From positions 1-45,138 of the IMG/VR virus record IMGVR_UViG_3300049484_000288: DNA of 45,138 nt; one strand, given 5' to 3'. Origin of the DNA: a virus. Taxonomy: Duplodnaviria; Caudoviricetes. The translations under genes were made by a program, and so were the position numbers. Below, in pieces: positions 1 to 9,838 of the stretch; position 1 is the first letter of the stretch; each line of letters starts with the position of its first letter. The notes below the pieces were generated by a model. That model was not told the origin of the DNA and searched no databases. It saw nothing but the letters and a program-made list of their open reading frames with translations.

Positions 1-146
1 GGCTATGAAGAATGCTGATGTCAAGGTGCACGATAACTACGGGCAGATGCACACCAACGATTCGTATGCTCGAGCTAGCGCTGCCATGCAATATCAGAAG
101 ATGGCTGGCTTGCCGGAGTACGGTCAGCAGCCTATTCCGGTGGATG
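1..146. repeat. Terminal direct repeat, left copy (matches 44993-45138); most likely assembly overlap of a circular or circularly permuted genome
   Basis: 1-146 is identical to 44993-45138 except position 20 (G) vs 45012 (A); the repeat falls mid-ORF. Confidence 0.95.
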
Positions 147-1372
147 ACGCCAAGCGCCATGTGAACGCTATCATGCAGTTGCCGACCAACGTTCGGTTGC
201 AGTATCTTGAGCAACTCGAGAACGAATTTCTGGACCACTACCCGGCGGTCCAAGCAGAACTTATTCGCAACGGCTTGCCAGAAGGTATCCTAGTAACGAA
301 GTTCGCTGCTGGCACTGCCTCAGGTCCTATCTGGGCGGAAGCTGCGGGCCGTCCGACAAAGGAACTGGAAGCGGCAACCGGGCTTACCCCGCCGGACTTG
401 ACAGCCTTGGAACGCAGCGTCCAACAAGAAATGCGTCCTTGGATTCAAGCCCACTTGTACGGCGACTCTACTGGTAGGAACGCCAACCTGGCTAAGACCC
501 TCTACCAGCAGGCCTACAACACCGTGCTTGGCAAGGTCATGAATGGCACTTCGCCATCGCAGGCTGTCAAGGAAGTAGTCAACGACGTTGTGCACTCGCA
601 GTATTACATTCAAGACACCTACTGGATCCCGAAAAAGATCCAGGAGAAGACGGCCGAAGGTGGGGTAATCAGCACCACCGTCAACGACACTGTGGTCAAG
701 AGCAACCTTGAGTATCGCAAGTTGTCTCTCGATAAGTTCGACCCGGTGGTTACCAACGTTTTCAACAGTTCCTTGCCAGGCTCCTCGAAGCGCGAAGCCT
801 TGGTTTTCCAAGCACAGAAGAACGGTTACTGGCTAGTGAACGAACTTGGCGATGGCGTCTACCTCGGCATGACCGTAGGCATCAACAAAGGAGTGCCTAT
901 CATCAATGCTGCCGGTCAACGCTACGAGTTCAAGTTCGCTGATCTTAACCGCACTGGACCTACCGCTAGCGGCAAGATCACGCGTCCTGATTCGAGCAAC
1001 ACGATTCATGGCGAGGAGTTGAATCCTGGCGATACCCTGCCGACAGGCAAGGGAACCCCGGCTCGTGGTGAACTGCTTCCGATTGATAGAAAGAAACCCA
1101 TCATCGTAAATGACGATGGATCTGTCTCCACTGAACGCACTATCACCATCGAATCCGACGGCAAGTGGTACGTGGTCCCGACCATCGTCAAGGGCAAGGA
1201 TGTCGGAGAACGTGAGGCAGAAGCCTTGTTCATGGAAGGGCAGAACAAACCGGTGGGCGAGTTTGAGACCCAGAAGGAGGCTGACGCCTACGCGGCCAAG
1301 CGTTCTCAACGGATTGGTGAAATGATCAAGGGTAGGAAGTTGCTTCCGAAGGGTTACCGAGGAGGTAACTGA
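5..1372 (+). CDS. C-terminal part of an internal virion/ejection protein (gp15-like position); the gene begins at 43761 and crosses the junction (~867 aa total)
   Basis: ATG at 44997 in the right repeat is in frame with ATG 43761 (412 codons); lies between a small gp14-like gene and two large ejection genes. Confidence 0.75.
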   Translation: MKNADVKVHDNYGQMHTNDSYARASAAMQYQKMAGLPEYGQQPIPVDDAKRHVNAIMQLPTNVRLQYLEQLENEFLDHYPAVQAELIRNGLPEGILVTKFAAGTASGPIWAEAAGRPTKELEAATGLTPPDLTALERSVQQEMRPWIQAHLYGDSTGRNANLAKTLYQQAYNTVLGKVMNGTSPSQAVKEVVNDVVHSQYYIQDTYWIPKKIQEKTAEGGVISTTVNDTVVKSNLEYRKLSLDKFDPVVTNVFNSSLPGSSKREALVFQAQKNGYWLVNELGDGVYLGMTVGINKGVPIINAAGQRYEFKFADLNRTGPTASGKITRPDSSNTIHGEELNPGDTLPTGKGTPARGELLPIDRKKPIIVNDDGSVSTERTITIESDGKWYVVPTIVKGKDVGEREAEALFMEGQNKPVGEFETQKEADAYAAKRSQRIGEMIKGRKLLPKGYRGGN

Positions 1373-4300
1373 TGGCTCAATTCGGCAGACAACCTTACGG
1401 CTGGGATCCTGGTTACATTGGCGGACTCGGTGACATCGGCGGCGTTTCTCCTGAGCAGGCCAATGCGGCAGCCGTCGACGAGAACCTGAAGTTCTTCGAC
1501 TTCAACCGGGCTCGCGACCTTCAGGAAGCCAAGCGCACTCGCCGTCCCGTGTACGGTGGAGAACGCGATCCAACCACTGGTGAAGAGATTCCCATTGGAG
1601 AGGAGGCTATTCCTAGGAAGAAGCTGCTGACCGCTGATGAGGCCAACCGCAAGTACGGGATGCCGGCAGACGGTCTCACGTTCAATGAGCCGATCACCGA
1701 AGACGCTGCTGCCATCATGGCAGTACGCAAGCGCCAAGAGAAGCTGAATCAGCAGATCCTGGCTGAGGCATATGGTTGGACGGCCGCCAAAGCCTTTGGT
1801 ATGGGCATCGCGGCCTCACTGGCACAACCTGAACAGATCCCACTGAACGCTCTGCCGTGGACGCGTATCTTCGGTATCGAGATGGCGGGAACAAGGGCTA
1901 TGGTCGAGTCCCAGAAGTGGGGCACTCGTATGTTGGGTCGCGCGCGCTTGGGGGCAACTGAAGGCCTCATCGGTAGCGCCGTAGCCGAACCCATCCAGTG
2001 GGGAGTCGCCCTCAACGAGCAAGCCGACTACTCGCTGTACGATACCCTTGCCAACCTAGCAGGTGGAGCCGTCTTCGGTGGCGGCCTCCATGTGGTTGGT
2101 GGTTCAACGGCGGACTGGGCAAAGAGCATCACGCAGAAGACTTGGCGCGACTCGTTGCAGGCTTCTATCGCTCAGGTAGTTGATGGCCGTAACGTGCAGG
2201 TTGAGCCGATCGTTCAAAGCGATCCTAATGCTAACATCTCCACGCTGCCGGTCAACGACTTCAACAACCCGCCGAAATCGGTAGTCACGCCGACTCCGCC
2301 GCCGGTTACTGAGTACAGTCCGCTTGGCCAACAGATTGCTGCCGAGATTGCCGCTACTCCACCTAAGGTAGAGCCTGAGGCCATTGGCGCCTTCAGTCAG
2401 CTGATGGAGAAGTCGCCGGCTATCGTCAAGTTCACTGATGATGGCGTCGAGATCAAAGGAAAGCAGTTTGCCCTGGACACGAAAGAGATTACCTTCAACG
2501 GTAAAAAGTTCGTGGCCGCCCCAGAATACGATCCTGTTCAGGGTACGGATCCCCAAGCACAGCTTGATTGGTACGGTCAGTTCAGCCTGGTAAAAGGTAT
2601 TCCCAAGGTACATAACTTCACAGTACGGGTTGCCATTGACCTGGGTAATGGTAAGATGATGGAACCCCTCGGCGCCGTCGCTGAGGTGGACATCTTCCCT
2701 CTGGACAGCTACAACACGGCGAAGGATGATGCCGATGTGATGGCCGAGGTGTCTAAGGCTGTGCACGAGAAGTATGGTCTGCAGATCCAGGTCTACAAGC
2801 CGGCACCACTCGCTTCTGAGAAGTGGGTGAAGGCACGCTACATTGCGGGCGAAGCTAAACCTGGGGACATGATCGTTCCTCGCGACGAGTTCTACGATTC
2901 GCTGTATCCTGAGGACAAGAAGAATCCGAGCACCCTCCCTTACGTCGGCAAGCACAACCAGTTCCTGAAGATCCCTAAGGAGTTCAGTGACGCCCTCGCT
3001 GGTGGGTTGCTTAACGCCGACGAGACCGCTCCGGTGATGGCTGAGAACGGTGTGCAGTCCATTACCGACTTTGTTCTACTGGACCCGCAGTCCCTTGGTT
3101 CCAATCAAGGCGGCCTGTACCGTAACAATCTCGACGGCAAGACCTACTACGTCAAGACGTACAAGAACGAAGCGCAGGCCAAGAACGAGTACCTGGCAAA
3201 TCAGCTATACCAAGGGCTTGGCTTTAGTCATCTTGTTCCGAAGCTTATCCTTATCGGAGGCAAGGGGGAACCGCTTCGTATCGGTTCTGAGTGGGCTCCT
3301 GACGCGACGCCGATCACCATGGCCGATGTGTACGAGACCTATACTTTCACTGATCTTACTCCTGTTGAGATGGACAAGCTCAAGGAAATGGCCAGCTCGT
3401 GGGTGGTTGACGCCTACTTGGGCAACTGGGATGCTTACGTCTACGGTAACCTGTTACAGGATACTGATGGCAACTACTTCAAGATCGACCAGGGTGGTGC
3501 CCTGCTCTACCGCGCCCAAGGTGAACTGAAAGGTGAAGCCTTCGGGAATACCGTCCCTGAACTAGAGACGATGCGAGATCCGCAAATCAATGAGGGATCT
3601 GCTCTCGCCGCTACCATCTCTGATCCTGAGAAGGAGAAGTTCTTCCTAGCAGAGATTGCCGGGCTTTCTAACAAAGAGATTACGAACGCAGTAGAGCAGG
3701 CACGTTTGCCTGCCAACCAGGCAGAGGAGCTTACTGCCAAGCTGATTGCTCGTCGTGAGTACATCAAGGAAAAGTACATTCGCGATCTGAAGCCGATCCT
3801 GGCTGAAAAGAAGGACTACGTCCTCCATACCAAGAACAAGCACGTTTACGAGTGGATCAAGAAGCAGGCACTTGCCCTTCATGCGAAACTGACTGAGGGT
3901 GAGCGTAACGCCTTTGCTAAGAACCAGGGCGGGAATGGTGGTATCAACAGCGTGCTTATCAAGGGCAACAAGTTGGGCGATTATGATAAGGAACTGATCA
4001 AGAACCTCGATTCGGCTATCGCCAAGTACAGCCTGCCTACTACGACGCGAATGTATCGCTGGATCAACTCCAGCAGCATTGGTATCGACTTCAATAGTCA
4101 CCAAGACTTTGTTGGTACTGTCTGGAACGATAAGGCCTACCAAAACTTCTCGCCATTCAAGAATAATGCCTTCGCCGATCGTGACGTCGTGCTTGTGGTA
4201 GACTTTCCGCCTGGTACCCATATCGCTCCAACTGATGCAGCCTACTCCAAGGGAGCAAGTTCCTTCACGGAGGAGGAGGCTGAGTTTGTCCTTCATCGTG

Positions 4301-4755
4301 GAGCCTACTATACCATCGACGCCGTGAAGATTATCGGCGGCGACTACGGCTACAAGCATAAGTTCGAGCTTCACCTCACGTACAACCCTGAGAAGGTCAA
4401 GGGTCTTCCGCCACAAGAAGTCGCCAACAAGATGATGGCTTGGCAAAAGGAGGCGTCTAATGCCGCCAGCGGGGTCACATCGATTTCACAGGCAGAACTC
4501 GATCAGATCATGGCTGAGGTTCCAATCGTCAGGCCTCAGCCGGTCACGCTTACGCAGCAGATTCTCTCTAAGGAAGAAGCCGCTCTCAACGAGATGATCA
4601 CGGCACTTGAGACTGAAGTACGTGCTAAGATGCTAACTCCTGAAGAGATTGAGATGCTTAACAACTACCTTCAGGACGCCAACGACACGATCAAGGAAGT
4701 TTCCTCCTTCACTAAGGCGATGCAAACCGCCTTCAACTGTTACACTATGGCATAA
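1372..4755 (+). CDS. Large ejection (internal virion) protein with inserted HipA/PI3K-like kinase domain and VIP2-like ADP-ribosyltransferase domain
   Basis: Gly/Ala-rich hydrophobic N-terminal segments; kinase motifs LGSNQGGLY..YYVK, NEYLANQLY, DAYLGNWD..GN, IDQG; ART motifs LDSAI..LP..MYR, AYQNFS, EEEAEFVL.RG. Confidence 0.75.
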   Translation: MAQFGRQPYGWDPGYIGGLGDIGGVSPEQANAAAVDENLKFFDFNRARDLQEAKRTRRPVYGGERDPTTGEEIPIGEEAIPRKKLLTADEANRKYGMPADGLTFNEPITEDAAAIMAVRKRQEKLNQQILAEAYGWTAAKAFGMGIAASLAQPEQIPLNALPWTRIFGIEMAGTRAMVESQKWGTRMLGRARLGATEGLIGSAVAEPIQWGVALNEQADYSLYDTLANLAGGAVFGGGLHVVGGSTADWAKSITQKTWRDSLQASIAQVVDGRNVQVEPIVQSDPNANISTLPVNDFNNPPKSVVTPTPPPVTEYSPLGQQIAAEIAATPPKVEPEAIGAFSQLMEKSPAIVKFTDDGVEIKGKQFALDTKEITFNGKKFVAAPEYDPVQGTDPQAQLDWYGQFSLVKGIPKVHNFTVRVAIDLGNGKMMEPLGAVAEVDIFPLDSYNTAKDDADVMAEVSKAVHEKYGLQIQVYKPAPLASEKWVKARYIAGEAKPGDMIVPRDEFYDSLYPEDKKNPSTLPYVGKHNQFLKIPKEFSDALAGGLLNADETAPVMAENGVQSITDFVLLDPQSLGSNQGGLYRNNLDGKTYYVKTYKNEAQAKNEYLANQLYQGLGFSHLVPKLILIGGKGEPLRIGSEWAPDATPITMADVYETYTFTDLTPVEMDKLKEMASSWVVDAYLGNWDAYVYGNLLQDTDGNYFKIDQGGALLYRAQGELKGEAFGNTVPELETMRDPQINEGSALAATISDPEKEKFFLAEIAGLSNKEITNAVEQARLPANQAEELTAKLIARREYIKEKYIRDLKPILAEKKDYVLHTKNKHVYEWIKKQALALHAKLTEGERNAFAKNQGGNGGINSVLIKGNKLGDYDKELIKNLDSAIAKYSLPTTTRMYRWINSSSIGIDFNSHQDFVGTVWNDKAYQNFSPFKNNAFADRDVVLVVDFPPGTHIAPTDAAYSKGASSFTEEEAEFVLHRGAYYTIDAVKIIGGDYGYKHKFELHLTYNPEKVKGLPPQEVANKMMAWQKEASNAASGVTSISQAELDQIMAEVPIVRPQPVTLTQQILSKEEAALNEMITALETEVRAKMLTPEEIEMLNNYLQDANDTIKEVSSFTKAMQTAFNCYTMA

Positions 4756-7328
4756 TGGCTTCTTACGCTGAATGCGTCGCAATCATCCAGAAGGCTGCTG
4801 GTGACACGATCACCAAGGAGCAGGCTGAGGCATTGCTGCAACAGATCGACGACATCACCCAGCTCAAGAAGAATGAGGGCGGGTTGGAAGCCGCCAACTC
4901 CCTTGTTCAGGAGCATCTGAATCAGGTTAGTGCTGCCATGAAGATGGAAGCGATGATCGCGAAGCGCGCTTCCCTCATGAACGTAGTCATTCACGACAAT
5001 GCCCTCACGCAGATCAAGAATTTTAAGAATCCATCGGAAGGTCTATCAGCGCTTCTGGTTGGCTCGGTCAAATCGAACAAAGGTGCCAAGCTTTCTGTTG
5101 ACGCGCGAGTCAAAGCCATCTCCAACGAGTACGTCGGCAAGCTCGTTCACGACCTCGAAAAAGGCAACCTTCTTGAAGCTTTTGCGTCGGGGAAACTTGA
5201 TCGAGAGATTGCAAAGGAACTCTGGCAACTACCTGATGGCAAGGAGCCGATATCCGGTTCCCCAGAAGCTTACCGCATTGCAAAGATCATTAGCAATTAC
5301 CAAAACGATCTTGTTGCGCGACAGAACAGAGCAGGTGCCTGGATTCGCCTACTACCCGGGTACATTGTGCGACAAACGCACGATATGTTCAACATTCGTA
5401 AGGCAGGGAAGGAGGCATGGATTAATTCTGTGCTCCCCAAGCTGGATGTCGAGAAAACCTTTGGTACACTTGCGCCGGAGAAGTACCGTGAATTTCTTGC
5501 GGGCGCTTATGATGGTCTTGCCACAGGCATCCACTATCGGGCCAAGGGTGCTCAGGAACAGGACGCATCGTACGTACTCCTTGGTTTCAAAGGCCCTAAG
5601 AACCTGGCCAAGAAGGTTAGTCAGGAGCGGATCCTCCACTTCAAGTCCGCCGACGATTGGATGGACTACTCTGCCGAGTTCGGCCGAGTCAATCTTCGCG
5701 ACGCAGTAATCAACGGCCTGCAGCATGGTTCGCGCAACCTGGCACTCCTGCAAACCCTTGGTAGCAACCCCAAGGCAATGGTCGAGCGACTGCTGGCAGA
5801 TATCCGCAAAGGATCCAAGGGCGATGTAGAGGCGATCGACAAGTTGTCTGAACTGAAGATCATGAACCAGTTCAAGGAGCTTGACGGTACCACCAGTATC
5901 CCTGACGGCGTCAGCTTGGCCAAGGTCTCGGCTGGTATCCGGACTGTTCAGAATCTGTCGAAGCTGGGAGCCTCGCTGATCTCGTCGATTACGGACATCC
6001 CCTTCCAGGTAGCGGAGATGAAGTACCAAGGGGTGCCACTGCTTGAGGCTTGGTGGAACGCTCTTTGGAACCCGTTCGCTGGTCGCCGTACTGGGTTTGA
6101 TCGTGAGGTAGCCCAGCTCCTAGGCGCCGGCATTCAAGGTATCCTTGGCGACGTTCATTCGCGGTTTGATGCCGACGATGGGTTCCCAGGAACGATGTCC
6201 AAGCTGCAACAAAGGTTCTTCAAGCTCAACGGCATGAACTACTGGAACGACGCCCACCTTGCCGGGGTCTCGCTCTTGATGTCGAGTAACTTCGCCAACC
6301 ATAGCCAGAAGACGTGGGGAAGCGTTCCGCCTGAGCTTAAGAACCTGATGCAGCAGTACAACCTTGGCGAACGTGAGTGGCCGGTGATGCAGGCCGCCGT
6401 TCATAAGGTAGATGACAGCGCTTACATGATGCCTGATGAAGTGCTCAATCTCCCTGACGCGTTGCTTGGAAAATACTTGGGTATATCCACAAGTGAGGCC
6501 AGTGGTCCCGCATACACCCGTAAAATAAGGAATGCCAAAGAAGACATCTCGGTCAAGATGAGGACCATGTACACCGATCGGATGTACACGGCTATCCCCC
6601 ATCCTGGTGCGGCTGAACGAGCGATCATGTTGCAGGGTACCCAGCCTGGTACAGCCCTTGGTGAGGCCCTCCGACTGTTCATGCAGTTCAAGAGTTTCCC
6701 GATCTCCGTCATCCGCAAGGGTGTTGGCCGAGAAATCTACGGTAGCGGCGCTGACAGCATCAAGGAAGCGCTGTTCAAGGGTAAGGGCGACATGCTTGGG
6801 TTGGTTCACCTGATGGTAACGACCACTCTGTTCGGTTACGCCGCCATGACCATCAAGGATCTGATCAAAGGACGCGAACCTCGGGGTAGCACGGAACTCG
6901 ATCCCGCGCAGATTGCTAAGCTGGTCGGTTCTGCTATGGCCCAAGGCGGAGGCCTTGGTATTTACGGCGACTTCCTCTTCGGTGAGTTCTCGCGCTACGG
7001 TCGATCGTTTACAGCAACCATGGCCGGTCCCAGCCTTGGTCAGATGGATGACCTTGCCGAGATCTATACAAGGCTTCGTAATGGCGATGACGCCGCGGCC
7101 CAGGTAGTTCGGCAAGCGATCAACAATACGCCGTTCATCAACATGTTTTACACGCGATCGGCTATCGACTACCTCTTCCTCTACCAACTGCAGGAGATGG
7201 TCTCTCCTGGATATTTGCATAGGTTGGAAGCTAGAATCAAGACTGAGAATGATCAATCCTTCTACATGCCGCCCTCCAGTATGATCCCATACGGGGGTGG
7301 CGACAAACTACTTGAGAGCGTGCGATGA
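4755..7328 (+). CDS. Internal virion/ejection protein (gp16-like position, BPP-1/epsilon15-like type)
   Basis: 857 aa helical protein directly before the tail fibre; family-type motifs RILHFKSADDWMDY, GEALRLFMQFKSFP, GGGLGIYGDFLF. Confidence 0.75.
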   Translation: MASYAECVAIIQKAAGDTITKEQAEALLQQIDDITQLKKNEGGLEAANSLVQEHLNQVSAAMKMEAMIAKRASLMNVVIHDNALTQIKNFKNPSEGLSALLVGSVKSNKGAKLSVDARVKAISNEYVGKLVHDLEKGNLLEAFASGKLDREIAKELWQLPDGKEPISGSPEAYRIAKIISNYQNDLVARQNRAGAWIRLLPGYIVRQTHDMFNIRKAGKEAWINSVLPKLDVEKTFGTLAPEKYREFLAGAYDGLATGIHYRAKGAQEQDASYVLLGFKGPKNLAKKVSQERILHFKSADDWMDYSAEFGRVNLRDAVINGLQHGSRNLALLQTLGSNPKAMVERLLADIRKGSKGDVEAIDKLSELKIMNQFKELDGTTSIPDGVSLAKVSAGIRTVQNLSKLGASLISSITDIPFQVAEMKYQGVPLLEAWWNALWNPFAGRRTGFDREVAQLLGAGIQGILGDVHSRFDADDGFPGTMSKLQQRFFKLNGMNYWNDAHLAGVSLLMSSNFANHSQKTWGSVPPELKNLMQQYNLGEREWPVMQAAVHKVDDSAYMMPDEVLNLPDALLGKYLGISTSEASGPAYTRKIRNAKEDISVKMRTMYTDRMYTAIPHPGAAERAIMLQGTQPGTALGEALRLFMQFKSFPISVIRKGVGREIYGSGADSIKEALFKGKGDMLGLVHLMVTTTLFGYAAMTIKDLIKGREPRGSTELDPAQIAKLVGSAMAQGGGLGIYGDFLFGEFSRYGRSFTATMAGPSLGQMDDLAEIYTRLRNGDDAAAQVVRQAINNTPFINMFYTRSAIDYLFLYQLQEMVSPGYLHRLEARIKTENDQSFYMPPSSMIPYGGGDKLLESVR

Positions 7329-8224
7329 CAATCAGCACCACTACTAACAGACAGGATTCCAACGGCAATGGCAGTTCAACTGCCTTTGTCTTTGCCGTCA
7401 GGGTAGACGCTTCAAGTGATCTGACGGTCTACGTGGATGACGTTCTGCGCACCCTCGGTGGTGGTGGGACGTACGACTACACGGCGTCTGGGTATGGGGA
7501 TCCTGCCGGTGTAACGGTGACCTTTAATACGGCACCCCCTTCCGGCACCGGTAACATCGTTTTCCTGCGTGAGGTAGACTACACGCAGACGGCCGACTAC
7601 GTTGATGGTGACGAGTTCCCTGCGGCGGTACACGAGGGAGCCCTCGACCGGATCGTCATGATGGTTCAGCAGGTTGTGGAGCTGATTGACCGTACCCCGA
7701 TTCTCTCTCCCACCACGGCTGCCACGTTGCCCTTTGTTATCCCTGAGCCAGAAGCGGACCAACTGCTAGGGTGGAATGCGGCAGGTACTGAGCTTGAGAA
7801 CAAGGCTATAACCGACGCCAGTACGACGGTGATTACTGCCTTTGCGGCAACATTGTTGGATGACTCCAACGCGGCGCAGATGCTTACAACGCTGGGCCTG
7901 GATACTCGTCTTGATGGGATCAGCAGTGATGGCGCCACGGCGTCGATGCGCATCCCGATTGGTACGACTGCGCAGCGTCCGACACCTGTACAAGGGCAAT
8001 TGCGGTTCAACACCACCACGGCCAACATCGAGTGGTATGACGGTAGCGCGTGGACTGCCGCCACTGGTCTACAAGGAGGCGGCGCAGTGCTTGAACATGC
8101 TCAAAACGTGTCTTCTGACTTCACTATAGAGGCCACTAACAATGGTTTGGCGGCAGGTCCGCTAATTATTGATAGTGGGAAAACTATCACTGTCGCCTCT
8201 GGCGCAACACTGGCGGTCGTATGA
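7325..8224 (+). CDS. Tail fibre / fibre adaptor with T7 gp17-like N-terminal tail-binding domain
   Basis: N-terminus MTISTTTNR..GNGSSTAF.F..DLTVY..; ALDRIVM; IPIGTTAQRP..GQLRFNTT..EWYDG; C-terminal AGPLIIDSGKTITVASGATLAVV. Confidence 0.8.
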   Translation: MTISTTTNRQDSNGNGSSTAFVFAVRVDASSDLTVYVDDVLRTLGGGGTYDYTASGYGDPAGVTVTFNTAPPSGTGNIVFLREVDYTQTADYVDGDEFPAAVHEGALDRIVMMVQQVVELIDRTPILSPTTAATLPFVIPEPEADQLLGWNAAGTELENKAITDASTTVITAFAATLLDDSNAAQMLTTLGLDTRLDGISSDGATASMRIPIGTTAQRPTPVQGQLRFNTTTANIEWYDGSAWTAATGLQGGGAVLEHAQNVSSDFTIEATNNGLAAGPLIIDSGKTITVASGATLAVV

Positions 8225-8604
8225 GCACGCTTCGAGTTACGACTATACAGAATGTCGCTGGTACTCTGACACGTGGATCTATTTGGGCGTGGGCTAATTT
8301 CAATGGTACTGGCACGGTAGCTGTTCGAGAAAGTCTAAATGTTTCTTCTGTCACCGACAACGGGGCTGGGGACTACACAGTAAACTTCACTACCGCTCTA
8401 CCCTCTGCTAACTATGCTGCTCTGCTTTCAAGTCTTTCGCAAACTACTGGAGATGGCCGAGTAATCGCCAATCTTAACGGAACCCTTGGAACTGGAGCTA
8501 CTACCAAGACTACGACCGCGTGCCGACTTTTACCTAGTTCCAATTCTGTCTCCGGTGCTATGGGAGATTCAGCCGACATAAGTTTCGTAGCCATCGGAAC
8601 CTGA
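8221..8604 (+). CDS. Small tail-fibre tip / receptor-binding paralog 1
   Basis: MSTLRV start; AWANFNGTGTVAVRESLNVSSVTDNGAGDYTVNFT motif shared with the next two genes; ATGA overlap with the fibre gene. Confidence 0.65.
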   Translation: MSTLRVTTIQNVAGTLTRGSIWAWANFNGTGTVAVRESLNVSSVTDNGAGDYTVNFTTALPSANYAALLSSLSQTTGDGRVIANLNGTLGTGATTKTTTACRLLPSSNSVSGAMGDSADISFVAIGT

Positions 8605-8606
8605 CC

Positions 8607-8999
8607 ATGAGCACACTTCGAGTCAACAATCTGCAAAACGTATCTGGTGGATCGTTGCTCCCGTCTGTGCAGCTTGCTAAGGCGTGGGTGAACTTCAATG
8701 GCACAGGCACGGTGGCGATTCGATCAAGTTTCAACGTCACCTCCATTACAGACAACGGCACTGGGGACTACACGGTAAACTTCACCACGGCGCTCACAGA
8801 TGCGAACTATGTCCCATCTTTCGGTGCGGTTTCATTGAATAACGCTGGGAACCACGACCAAGCTACTATGATTCACGGCACGGCTGCCTCGGCTGTAACC
8901 ACAAAAACCACTTCAGCACTGCGCTTGTCGTGTGGGGCGATTACCGCCGCCACCCGCGCCGATGGGTTTGATGTGAACGTTGCCATTTTCGGGAACTGA
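8607..8999 (+). CDS. Small tail-fibre tip / receptor-binding paralog 2
   Basis: MSTLRV start; AKAWVNFNGTGTVAIRSSFNVTSITDNGTGDYTVNFT. Confidence 0.65.
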   Translation: MSTLRVNNLQNVSGGSLLPSVQLAKAWVNFNGTGTVAIRSSFNVTSITDNGTGDYTVNFTTALTDANYVPSFGAVSLNNAGNHDQATMIHGTAASAVTTKTTSALRLSCGAITAATRADGFDVNVAIFGN

Positions 9000-9001
9000 C
9001 C

Positions 9002-9361
9002 ATGAGCACCATTCGAGCAGATAATTTGGCAACCCGGGACGGCACCTACACCACCTCGATGCAGAACCCTGTGAGAGGCTCTGCCAAGGCGTGGGTGAAC
9101 TTCAATGGCACTGGCACTGTGGCTATTCGCTCTAGCTACAACGTCACATCAATTACGGACCATGGCGTAGGTGAATACACAATGAATTTCACCAACACGA
9201 TGGCGGACGCAAACTACGCGGCGGTCGGTACTGGGAACGGGGTAGTACTACAAACTGTAGCTTCTCCACCCACCACAACCACGTTTCGATTTGCAACATA
9301 CAACGGCAGCTTTGTGCTCAGCGACTACGCGCAGGACTACGTGGCCATCTTCGGCAATTAA
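9002..9361 (+). CDS. Small tail-fibre tip / receptor-binding paralog 3
   Basis: MSTIRA start; AKAWVNFNGTGTVAIRSSYNVTSITDHGVGEYTMNFT; ends VAIFGN like paralog 2. Confidence 0.65.
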   Translation: MSTIRADNLATRDGTYTTSMQNPVRGSAKAWVNFNGTGTVAIRSSYNVTSITDHGVGEYTMNFTNTMADANYAAVGTGNGVVLQTVASPPTTTTFRFATYNGSFVLSDYAQDYVAIFGN

Positions 9362-9388
9362 TTTTCCCTTCCACATAAAGGAGCGACC

Positions 9389-9838
9389 ATGAGCGATACT
9401 AGCAAACGAATCATCTTTGACAACGATGACGGCGGTGTTTCTGTGGTAATTCCCGCTCCTAACACGGGGCTTACTCTTCAAGAGGTAGCGGCCAAGGTTG
9501 TGCCTGAAGGCAAAGCCTATGAGATTATCGACGCCGTCGACGTGCCGAATGACCGGGAATTCCGCAACGCGTGGAAAAGGGCTGGCAAAACGCTATCGCC
9601 TGACCTTGGCAAGGCAAAAGACATTGTCAAGGATCGTATCAGAGAGGAGCGCAAAGAAGCGTTCGCGTTGCTCGATACAGCCTACCTACGGGCCGACGAA
9701 CAAGGTGACACCGTTACTAAGGCCACGATTGCCGCCAAGAAGCAGGCGCTGCGCGATGCCCCGACCCATCCAGCCATTGTGGGGGCGGTAGCGGTCAACG
9801 CCCTCAAAGGTCTGAAGCTGAAAGACATCGTGCCATAA
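9389..9838 (+). CDS. Probable tail fibre assembly/chaperone protein
   Basis: AAGGAG RBS; motifs GGVSVVIPA, VPEG..YEII, DREFRNAW, KQALRDAP; follows the fibre genes. Confidence 0.6.
   Translation: MSDTSKRIIFDNDDGGVSVVIPAPNTGLTLQEVAAKVVPEGKAYEIIDAVDVPNDREFRNAWKRAGKTLSPDLGKAKDIVKDRIREERKEAFALLDTAYLRADEQGDTVTKATIAAKKQALRDAPTHPAIVGAVAVNALKGLKLKDIVP

Noticed and set aside
1-146. Genuine T7-like direct terminal repeat
   Set aside because: Lies inside a coding sequence far from the intergenic region upstream of terS; more consistent with assembly overlap
6120-7256. 378-aa antisense ORF, and similar ones at 2104-2955, 3646-4446, 33578-34357 and 36612-37454
   Set aside because: Opposite-strand shadows of well-supported genes
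8221-9361. Diversity-generating retroelement TR/VR pair (head-tail module resembles BPP-1 type)
   Set aside because: No reverse transcriptase in the genome; the repeats are within three intact paralogs and the differences are not adenine-specific
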